This document shows, piece after piece, positions 12,511 through 22,949 of a DNA stretch of 64,000 bases (position 1 is the stretch's first letter; each line of letters begins with the position of its first letter). Location of the stretch: assembly GCA_028534125.1 (NCBI GenBank), contig CM052816.1, positions 17,362,001-17,426,000 of the forward strand, read 5' to 3'. Source of the DNA: Lama glama (Eukaryota). The translations under genes were made by a program, and so were the position numbers. The notes under the pieces were generated by a model. That model saw only the letters and a program-made list of their open reading frames with translations, was not told where the DNA came from and did not search any database.

Positions 12511-13056
12511 CCGATAGAGTCCAGCTCCCTCGCTTTACAAATGGGAAAACAAAGGCCCAGAAAGGAAAGGATCACCTGGCCAGCAAGTTAGAGACACTCG
12601 GCTACAACCCAGGTGGTCCTGGCCACTAGGTCAGCAGCTCTTTCTAGGGCACTGTGCTGCCCTCCTGCTTCCCAGATTTTATTTCCTTAACTTGTGTTAA
12701 AGGATGTTAAAAGGTTATGCTGAAACCTGGAAGTGACGCAGTCCCAGCACTCAGCCAGGCTTATCCACATTGTGAGTGATGTAGTGCCCCGCCCTCTCCT
12801 GTCTATCAGGAGAGCAGGGGCAGAAAGCACAGCATCTGCTTCAAGACCAGCAGGGAGGTCTCGGAAATAATGATCTCATGTCTTTAAATAGAATTTTGAG
12901 GTTTTCAGGTTGACGATTTTTTGAGGCAGGCAGGGTGTCATAATCTTCTTATAGATAAGGACACTGAGTCCCAGGGAGACAAAACAGCATGCCCTGCTGG
13001 TGATACTGTCCAGGACTGGACGCCAGGCCTCCTGGTTTCTGTGCTCTGCCTTTCAG

Positions 13057-13197
13057 GGGTTGGGGTCCTCAGTGGACAGCTGTATGCCACAGGCGGGCAT
13101 GACGGGCCCTTGGTGAGGAAGAGTGTTGAGGTTTACGATCCTGGAACAAACACCTGGAAGCAGGTAGCAGACATGAACATGTGTCGGCGCAATGCAG
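13057..13197 (+). CDS. KLHL3: KLHL3 coding exon (exon 13), includes R528-equivalent codon 13188-13190
   Basis: Encodes GVGVLSGQLYATGGHDGPLVRKSVEVYDPGTNTWKQVADMNMCRRNA. Splice sites tttcag| and G|gtaata, 141 nt. Confidence 0.97.
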
Positions 13198-14199
13198 GTA
13201 ATATGACTGCCCCCTCCGTCTCTCCCTGGGGCACGGGGGTGTGGGTGTGGGTGGGTGTTTTCTCCCTGCGAACACTAGCTCTGAAGCAGAGGCAGAGCGG
13301 AGAGACTCCCAGGGACTGGGGCTGAGCTTGTGCCCTGGGCAGGGAATGTCCATTTGCTGGGGAGGGGAGAGCTTGGGACCCCCAAAGCTAACCACAGAGT
13401 CCCCACTTAGATGCAGAAGGTTCCTTCTGTCCCTGTGAAGGATGATGGCTTTCACTGCACGTAGATGGACACAGATCCAGAAGGGTCCTCTGGTTGTCGT
13501 CAGTGCCCCAGCCCAGTGGCTCTGTTGGGGAGCTAAGCATAGCGCTGTGTGGACAGGGCCAGACAATGACGCTTGGGTCTGTCTTTTCTGTGCTGGTGCC
13601 TGGCTGTGAGAGCCTCCCACTTCCCACCTGAAACCAATCTCCTTCCTTTTGGGGTTAGCCACAAAAGTGTTTGTGATCCCTTCTCCAGTAGGACCACTTC
13701 CCTTATTCCCTTCTTTGTATTTCTTGTCTTGTCTTCCCTTCCCCTTTTCCTCCCTTTAGGAATGAATTTTCTTACAGTGTTTAGGCTTTTATTTCTGGAG
13801 CCTGACACTCTTATGAAACGATTTCCTTTTAGAACTTTGCCCTATAGGTCGTGTCCTATGTGGGTATATCTTGCTTTTCGCCTTCTTACTCCATCAAAGT
13901 GTTGGCTTAGCCCAGTTTCCCAGGCTGGAAAGACAAGCAGGTGACTTTCTGGCCGATTTATTTCCTTTATACACAAATTACCTGTTTGCTTAACCCATTT
14001 GCAGGTGACTTGTTGAAAGTGTAAACAGAGGGGAGTTTATTAATTTGCTCACTGTCTCAGCCTGCCGTGATAGAACTTGGCATTTAGCCTTGAGCCACAT
14101 GAGCGAGGAATTACAGAATCTTCAAGGCAGCTAGTGTGAGAATTAGGTTTAGATATAAATGTGTGTATATACACACGCTCAATATAGATATTTATATTT

Positions 14200-14600
14200 T
14201 TATAGCAAAAATGGAATCACATTGTCATATTATTTTATAACCTGCCTTTTTAATCCATTTTATGATCTTTCATGAATATCTTATTAGAATGCTAAATATC
14301 TTTTCATAATTCCATTTTAAATGGCTAACCATAATTTAAATAACCTATCTATTATTGGACATTTAGGTTATTTGCATCTTTTCTATAAGTAATACTTTGG
14401 TTATTATAAAGAGTCCTTAGAGCTAATTAATGCATATGCTTACAATTATTCCTTTGGAATAGAAGGTCAGAAGTGAAATTTTTTGAGTCAGAGGGAGTAT
14501 GTGTGCTTTTGATGCCATCCAGGAAGGCAGTGCATTTTATACTCTCACTGGTATGTTCACCAACACTGATAATTACTGTTTTTTGAGCGTCGTCAATCCT
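14200..14600 (-). mobile_element. Old L1 (L1ME-like) fragment
   Basis: AT-rich text with attattggacatttaggttatttgc and ggtcagaagtgaaatttttgagtcagaggg, typical of antisense old L1. Confidence 0.5.
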
Positions 14601-15283
14601 TGAATTTCATTTTGAGAAAATACACAGTATATTGGACTATGGCCTTTTAAAGTCTTGATGAGCAATAATCACATTTTCTTAGTCTTGAGTCCCTGCTGCA
14701 GGAGACCTGGCCCCCAGGCCAGCCCACTCTGGGATCAGGGTGGGTGGAAAGCCTCGTCCTTGGGAACTCGATGAGGGTTTAGACCCCAATTGTGTGACGG
14801 GATCACAGGCACAACTATTAGTACCACACCAAGTGGATAAAACGGAGTTTATCAGGGAAAATCTTAAAGCAGAATAGAAGTAGTGTGCATGAAATACCCT
14901 GAGTAGTTGTTATTCCATAGCTCAGCCTGGGCACGGGAGGCCGCATGCACCAGTGGTAGCACTCCTGTAGAATGGGGCCTGTGCCTACGGCTCTCTGCAT
15001 AGTTATGAGGGCGGGGGTAGGGAACATCTGAGGGGCTGTGTTGTAGTAAAACTCCCTGGTCAGAGATGTGGCTGTGTTAGGAAGGGCGATCCTCGGAGCC
15101 CAGCGGCTGCTGTCAGTATTTTCATCCATTGAGCAAACTCAGACCCAAGGAGCCACCTGTCTGTTGTGCTACCACGACGGGGAGGAAGAGCACCTCCAGG
15201 GCAGTCCAGACCTGTCTCTCGTCCATCCCCATCCCTTGGTGCTCCTGCCATAATGCCTCCTGGGGCTTCTGTTTGATTCCCAG

Positions 15284-15427
15284 GGGTCTGTGCAGTGAAC
15301 GGGCTCCTGTATGTGGTTGGAGGGGATGATGGGTCGTGTAACTTGGCTTCGGTGGAGTACTACAATCCTGTCACTGACAAGTGGACGCTGCTGCCAACCA
15401 ACATGAGCACAGGGCGGAGCTACGCAG
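15284..15427 (+). CDS. KLHL3: KLHL3 coding exon (exon 14)
   Basis: Encodes [48 protein letters not shown]. Splice sites ttcccag| and G|gtcagt, 144 nt. Confidence 0.97.
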
Positions 15428-15974
15428 GTCAGTGTTCTGCCCCCACCCCTGCCCCAGCCTGGGGGCCCTGGTGGGGCGGGGCGGGGCCGGGCAGAGTCAG
15501 CTTGCTTAGCTTAGGACTGAGCACCTCCTCCGGGGTGGACAGGTGGCTGTCATATGTCACCACTCCTTCGTTCTGTGCCCACGACAGGTACCCATAATTA
15601 GCACCTGTTTCCCCAGCAATTCTGAATGTAGCCTCAAAATTCTCTTGACACTATTCCGGGGAGCCGCTTCCAACTGATCTGAGTTGTCATAAGAAAGAGG
15701 TTTTAGAATTTCACTGCCCTTCCTGATTTGTTTTGTGTCGGGCCTTGAGATGGAATAAGATACAGTTCTTGCTTTCCAGAAATTAAATTGGTAAGATAAG
15801 ACCTGCCCACAAAAACAGGAAATTCAAAATGATGTACACGTAAGTTCTAAATGAAATGTACTATACAGGCTTTGGGACGTGACATTTGAGAACCGACAGA
15901 GTCAGGGACCACTTCCTGGAGGAGCCTGATTTAACTTTGAGGAAGGGTCACAGTCATGCATTGTCCTTTGCCAG

Positions 15975-16200
15975 GTGCCCACTCCCTGTGCCACCAAGCA
16001 GTGTGTTAGGTACAGTGTCTACGTGCCCTTTCATCTTTTCAACAACCCTCTGGTTGAGTGAGACTGTATCTTCCCATTTTACAGACGATGAAACTGAGGT
16101 TTGAAGAGTTTAAGTAATCTGCCTAAGACCATGTAGCTGAACAATTCTGGCAAAGTCAGAATTCAAACCCAGGTCTGAGTCCTAAGCCCATGCCCTCTGT
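15975..16200 (-). mobile_element. MIR SINE
   Basis: cccattttacagacgatgaaactgaggtttgaagagtttaagtaatctgcctaagaccatgtagct...attcaaacccaggtctga. Confidence 0.8.
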
Positions 16201-17299
16201 GCTACCCTAGCTCAGGGTTGAGGGGAAAGGCATTCTAAGCAAGAGGCTGGAGGGAGGAGTGACGAATGAGTCTGATGTAGAGGCTAATTCCTGAGGTATG
16301 TGTGTGATGGGTTTGGTGAGGTGTGGGGGGCAGAAGCAGGGTTGGTGGGGCTGAGGTCGAGGGTCTACAGGGAGACAAGCAAACATCCGTGATGTAGCTC
16401 AGCCCGTTGTGTCTGGTACTCCAGAAACTGGAATGGGTAGAGCTAACATCTATTTATTGAGCACATACAATGTGCCAGGCATCGTCCTAAGTATTTTACA
16501 ACCATTATCTTGTATAATCTCCGCCATGACTCCAGTGGTATTCTTATTCCATTTTCCACCAGAAAGGTCATCATTACATCTTGTTTGGATTTCAGTGCAA
16601 AGGAAGATTACACCTCTGTCAGCACAAGGCTTCAATAAATGAATTTATTTGACTTTTTTTTTCTCATTTAGGATTTTTCTCAGCTGCATAGAAACGATTT
16701 TAGAGGCATTTTCGTCCTAGAGTGATTCTGTTCTCATGGTTATTTATTAAAGCCAGCACTGTCATTTTCTTCTCAAAACTAAAGTGGGAAGAACAGGGAA
16801 TTTTCTAACATGAGGCAGTGAGGCCAGTGGGGGACCCCCTTGGTTCCAGGTGTGTCTTAGTGAGAAGGGAAGGTATAGGCGTGAGGGGTTAGAATTGTCT
16901 ATATGTGCTGAATATTTCACATCCATTTCTTTGTTGTTTGCCCACTCCAGAAGTAGGTGGGAAGGAGACAAGCAGACATGCAATTTGTGTTCAAACCCAT
17001 TGACTGAGTGACTCTTTTATCTTGAAATCTAAGGAAGTAGCCTGAAATGCAAAGATTTGTGGACAGAGTTATTTACTGAAGTGTATTTATAATAGCAAAA
17101 AACCCCTGTGAACTAATTAATATCTGACATAAGGAAAGTAACTAAACTATGGGGTATTTATCCAGGGGAAGTGTTTTCAATATCATGAAAAAGTGTTTGT
17201 GACAGGCTGTCAGGTTAAAGAACGGATAATGCAGAATGTACGCACCATGTGAGCTCAGACAAGCAGTCTGGTTTCTGGGGTTTGAGTAGCTACGGCTCA

Positions 17300-17525
17300 C
17301 AGATGTGGATGCTGGAGTCAGATCTGAATTTGAGTCCCAGCTTTGCCACTAGCTGTGGGATTCTGGGCAAGGTAATCAATCTGACGGAACCTCTGTTTTC
17401 TCATTTGTAAAGTGAGAATAAAATCGTATCAAGCCAAATGAAATGTGGTAAGACATGTGGTAAGGCTCTTAGTACAATGCCTGCCTGGCACCTAGAAACC
17501 ACTCAGTCGATGACTGTGATTATTA
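17300..17525 (+). mobile_element. MIR SINE
   Basis: ctggagtcagatctgaatttgagtcccagctttgccactagctgtggg...ctgttttctcatttgtaaagtgagaataa. Confidence 0.8.
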
Positions 17526-19101
17526 TTCGAAACCAGGAAAAATTCCAAAAAGAGAATGGTGATTCTCTTTATATGAAGGAATTAAAGTTCATTTTGTTTG
17601 TGTTCTTTGGTGTTTTCCAAATTTTCTATAATGAGAATATTTTATTTTTATAATCAAGAGGGAAAGTTTATATAAAAAGCAATACAGGAGCCTGCCTTTT
17701 TTTTTTTTTTTTTAATTGCTGCCTTGTGAAAGAGAGGCCTTGGGTTCAGGCAAGATGTTTTCAAGGTCAGGCAGCACATCTGGGTCTGAAGACTCAGGTT
17801 CTCCCCATCTCTCAGCTTTTATGTCTGTGCCTTTATCTAGGAATTAACGTGAAATACATGTCTTAGCAGAATCTGGCCATTGAGGAATCTTGAGCTTTCT
17901 TTCAGCCATGTTCTCTCAGTCTTGTCTTCAACCGGAAGATTTGATAGTTGTGGGGATATGTTAAAGGAAGACTCCCAGTTACACCTTACCTGTAGGCCTT
18001 ACCTGTAAGTTAGAATTTGGTTTAGGTACAGGTTCCAGAAAGCCCAACAGATACTAGTTTAAATAAGGAAGAAGTGTATTTGTCCCAGGTAGAAAGGAGT
18101 CCAGGGCTGGCCTCGTGGCTCAGACTGTCACTGAAGAATCAGGTTTCTCCTCTCTTTTCTGCTCTGCCAGCTTTATGAATAACCGCTGCTGCTGTCCCTT
18201 GTGCCGTTCGTAAGCATTCTTCCCAGGCAGGACAAGGGAAAAAGCCAAAGTTGCAGCCCTGGCAGACTTGGATTTACAGTTGCGTTGGACCAGGACTGGG
18301 TCACAGGGCACCTCCAGCTGCAGGGCAGTCTGGGAGGCTGAGCTCATAACTTGCTGGTCTCTGTAGCAGAAGTAGAAGGGATGTTGGCTGAAGCAGCCGG
18401 TTGTGTCTGCCCCGTAGCCACAGCCTAAGACACTCGGGATTTCAGACACATAAGTTAGCTGTTGAGTATGGTTCAACTTGGCTGAAGCAGTTAACACATA
18501 TAGACATGTCTGGAGTGTTTATCTACGTATATAGTGTTTAGCATTGGAGGGGTCTCCGCCAGATGATATTAAGTGGACACCAAGCCTAAAGCGGCACATG
18601 GACTTGCCCAAAGCCACAAAGCACTTAACTGGGGGGCAGAGCTAGGGTGGGAATTCAGTTTTTCTCACTGTGAAGTCACTCCCTTTTTCGTTTCAGTGTC
18701 TTTTAAAAGGAGACCCAAATCACTCATCACTTCTCTTAAAGTGACAAAAATTGAGAGCTGCAGAGTTTCCAGTGAGGGTATGAGTGTCATTAAGCTGAGT
18801 GCTGGGGTTTGGAAGGGGAGTCATTACAATATGAATCTGTGTGATGATGTGAGCGAGACCACTTCCCGGTGGTGTTGAGGGACTGTGCTCGTGGGTTGAA
18901 TATCTTGTGGGGACTTGGCTTTCAGAGCGAAAAACAGCCAGCTGCTGGCACCCGGTGTCCATGGGCCCTTCAGAATTTGGGTAGTAATTGTGCCCATTCC
19001 CCTTGGCTGTGGCTTAGGATGTGGTGAATTTGTGAACTCTTTGAGGTTCTGAGTAACTTTGGAGAAGCTGAAATGGTAACTTTGTCCCCCTTTCATCTTA
19101 G

Positions 19102-19130
19102 GTGTTGCTGTGATTCACAAGCCCTTGTGA
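19102..19130 (+). CDS. KLHL3: KLHL3 last coding exon (exon 15), GVAVIHKPL-stop
   Basis: ctttcatcttag|GT GTT GCT GTG ATT CAC AAG CCC TTG TGA continues the phase-1 frame from exon 14. Confidence 0.95.
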
Positions 19131-19411
19131 CCCCAGCTCCCACTGCCAGGAGGTGGAGGAAGGGGGGGGTGCTGCCTGTGACTCAGAACAGCCGGACCAC
19201 GATGGCTGAATGCTACTCGCTGCCCGAGTCTGCAGGGGAGCGAGAACAGCCCTCCTCCAACCTGGCAGTGTCACCCGGGAGTGAAGACAGTGACCCACCT
19301 CCTGCTCTCACGGGGTGTTTTGTCCTCTGCCCTGAGCAGTGGGTTCCTGATAGCTCCTTCTGCACCTTTTAGAGGTTTTTTTGTGTTTCTACAGGGACAA
19401 CAGAGAACCTG

Positions 19412-19471
19412 GCGCGCGTGCATGCGTGTGTGTGTGTGTGTCCACGCGTGCGTGCGTGCATGTGTGTGTGT
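19412..19471. repeat. Mixed (CG)/(TG)/(CA) alternating purine-pyrimidine tract
   Basis: gcgcgcgtgcatgcgtgtgtgtgtgtgtgtccacgcgtgcgtgcgtgcatgtgtgtgtgt. Confidence 0.9.
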
Positions 19472-21225
19472 AGAACATGGTGTTTCACTAAGTTGGAGGG
19501 TGGTGATAGTCTACTCCATTTCTGTACTACTGATCCTTCTGCTTTGCTAAAAATCAAATCACAGAAGGATTTGCCCTGCGGGGACCTTGAGACTACTAAA
19601 GCTGCTGTCTACGGGGAGTGCAGTTGGACAGAACGGGAATGTCTGGAAATGACCGGGGAGGGGGCAGTGCTCTGACCATGCCCACATACTGACCTCGACT
19701 ACGGGCACTGTCTGCAGAGGAGTGGGGCGTTCTCCAAGCACACCGGGTCCTCTGTGCTAGAATTAGGAACCAAGGGTCCCTCAGTGCCTCAGATGGGTGC
19801 TCTTCCTTGGGCTCTTCTCCAGGAAGTTATCAGAACTTCCCAGTCTCTGGGCTACTGGTCTTTGATGTTATGAATTCCAGGTTTGGGACATTTTGTGTCT
19901 CCTCAGCTGGGAAAACCAGCTCTTCAGAGTAGCACTGATTAACGCACTGGAAGAAAAAAATACATGAAAAACAGAAACAACAAAACAAAGTGGTAAGGCT
20001 TCAGTCCCTGCTCATAATGGTCCCAGAGAGCATCCTATTTCTGGGTTTTCCTGGGAGAGGACAGTCCCTGTTTATACCTATTATCCAGGTTTAATTATTC
20101 AGAGCATCACATTTTACTCTCAAAAGTGTTCTGATTTGGAGGCTAAGTAAAAACGTCACCCTACTTACAAACCCAAAGGTGGGTTTGTCCTTGCACTGGA
20201 TGGAGCCATGTGTGATTCAGATGGGCATGGATGACTTCAAAGGGGCGTCCCGGCTGGGGCTGACCCTGGGCAGTCTGTGGCGAAGGTCCAGTCTGTCTGA
20301 TGTCCTTGTCTTCCTTTCCTTATTCTCTCCCCAATTCCAGCCTGTACCCTCTCTCCAACCCTCAGGACATTGCTCTCCTGTCACCGCCCCCCCCTTGAAG
20401 GAGGACATAGTGGTGGGCCCTGAATGTGTCATCTCTCTCAGGGGTACTTGCATTTTGAGACAGGAGCTTGATGAAAGCTTTGCTAATTCACAGGTAAAAA
20501 TGATTAATAACAGTACTTTCAGCATCTGAAGGAGGATATTTGCTGGTGCATGGAGTCATTTGCATTTAAAAAAAAAACGAACAAAAGGGATGTTCAAACT
20601 GTGCTGTTCCTAAACCAGCAAGTTGCTAGTGTTGGGATTTACAGCATAAGGAGGGGAGGCCTTGTGTCTGGGGAACAGTTTCACATCTCAAGGGCTGGGA
20701 TTTAGCCTTCCCTGAGGTCAAGGTCCACCTTTAGGGAGCCCAGGGGCTTCATGAACTCAGATGTTGGACTTCTGGTACAGCTGGGCTACCTCCAAGCAGA
20801 TTTTGCAGGAGACTGGCTTTCTCCCGACCTCACCCTGAAGTTAGAAACCCAGGGCTCCTCAGGAAATTGGCCACTTTGTGTATTTACTGTATATTTATTG
20901 TGCACTAAACACTCCACTCTCCTGAAGAGGAAGCGTCTTCTGATATTGAGCAGATGTTATTTCAGCAAGACATTTGGAGAACACCAGGGCACCCAGCATT
21001 TTTAGTAAACTTGGAGGAAGCTAAAATGCCAGTTTTGCTGGACCTGGAAGAACAGCTCCGTAGGGATCGAGACATGCTGTCCATTGGGCACACTGCTCAC
21101 CCTGGCATGGAGATGGCCATGGTTTCAGAGCTCTGCCTGGCTCCGGATCGGAAGCTGATGGAATGCCCTTTTTCTTCCAGATGTCCTTCTTCCTTTCCAA
21201 GGAAGGTTTAGGACTTTGTTTTGGG

Positions 21226-21228
<3 letters not shown>

Positions 21229-21258
<30 letters not shown>
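21229..21258. repeat. (TG)15 microsatellite in 3' UTR
   Basis: Direct reading. Confidence 0.95.
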
Positions 21259-21261
<3 letters not shown>

Positions 21262-22886
21262 TGGGGGTGAGGTTGGGGGTTGGGGTCTGACGTGTGCCGT
21301 TGCACAGCTCCTGATTTCAGATGAAAGGTGGAGCCCCCAACACCTAGAAACTGAGCTTTCATGCTTATGTGGGGGCTCTACTGTTTGTGTGTCATTGTCC
21401 CAGAAAGCGCCCTCTTCCTGAGAGCCAGCCAGCCATGTTTTCTGCTTTTGGATTTTTGCTATTGGTCCCACCTCACGTCTCCCTTCCCAGGAAGCACTGC
21501 TCCCCCGGTAGTGCTGCTGAGGCCATGTTCATTTCATCCTCGTGTGTCCTTTCCCATGGGGACTAGAACACTGGTACGTCATCACCAAAACACCAATCTG
21601 CTCTAGCTGCCCACAGATGCCATCCTAAACCTGATGTTTCTTTATCACCAGGTACGATTCTCTCTCCACAGTGAGCACAACAGACTGATTTTCAAGTCTG
21701 TGCTGGTCACGTGGTAGGTGAACACTTCCCCACCCCACCCCCTGCGTTCTGGTGGCCATAGCTGCTTGTGAATGCAGCTTTGGCAGTGGTGTATCTGAAA
21801 TCTGATCACAGTGATGAAACAGAATTGTGGCCCAAGGTTAGAAGCAACTTAGACGCCACTTGTATACTGATTTGGACAACAGAGAAGTCAGACTCTGAAT
21901 TCCAAAGTTACTTCTCATACGTACCCAATGGCATCTCTCCATCAAAAAAGTTGCAGTATTATGCAAATGACAGTGACCTCATTTTCTGCTATGCAATAAG
22001 AATACTTAATTCTCTTCATGACAAACCAGTTGCAATATCCCCTAAGAGGCTTTTTTGAGCTGTCTTATTTTGATATCTGTTGTGTAATGTTTGTATATTC
22101 CTGAGCCAGATCCTTTCAAAGATTGCCTTTTTATAAAACTGAAGCTGTAGCTTTCAGGCTAAAGTTTTAATGTAGATATTTTTATAAGATAATTTTTCGG
22201 GGTATTTGAATTGCTTTTTATTGTCCATGATAATGAGATCTTATGTTCTACACGTCATTCACTCTCACACATAGTTTGGGCCCGTGGCTATCTTCCCTTT
22301 GTTTCTCACCCTCTCCAAAACTGATTTCTCAGTAGCTCCAGGTAGATGAGTCTCTTTGACTTGGAGTCTTCTTTCTTACACCACATGCAAGGGAGACTAC
22401 TGAAAAACACAGTCACTGGTGTTTCTTGAATTGTTTAGGGACTGACGTAAAGCCTCTCTCAGCACTTACCCATCAGTGATACCCGTCTGCTGTTTTTGGA
22501 GCCCATTTCAGCAGGGGTGAGGCAAGGGTGCATCTGGTTGTCCCCTCTCCTGTCAGCTCTCATGGCCTGGCCTGGAGCCTGGCATGCCGTGACATGGAGA
22601 AGCCTAGGGAAAGGCCTACCCTCCAGCACGTACTCCCAGGAGTTTCCTGCGTCCAGCTAACCAGTCTTCATTCTTTTCTGTCTCCTTGTTCTTCTGAAGC
22701 TTCCAACAGCTTAAGGCTTTTGCTGCTGGATGATGTCTCTTTTGGAAGCATCTTCTCTGTGAACTTTAAAAGAGGGGTCCTTCCTCGTGATCCCTGCTAA
22801 GAATGTATTAAGCATGTGCTTTGCAAAAGCTAATACTCCACTTAGCACTTGTTTCTTGAGCTGTGTCAACACTCCAGGCTCTCTTT

Positions 22887-22946
<60 letters not shown>
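22887..22946. repeat. Compound (TG)8(TA)22 microsatellite in 3' UTR
   Basis: Direct reading. Confidence 0.95.

Positions 22947-22949
<3 letters not shown>

Noticed and set aside
13069..13662. 197-aa antisense ORF overlapping exon 13
   Set aside because: It has no similarity to known proteins, and GC-rich sequence opposite a coding exon often lacks stops.
14780..15060. CpG-retaining intronic segment that might be an LTR or unannotated exon
   Set aside because: I could not assign a family or find convincing splice sites by eye. It needs a Dfam search.
4256..19130. Alternative identity as KLHL2 or a pseudogene
   Set aside because: The peptides match recalled KLHL3 almost exactly, MIR874 is present, and the splice sites and frame are intact.
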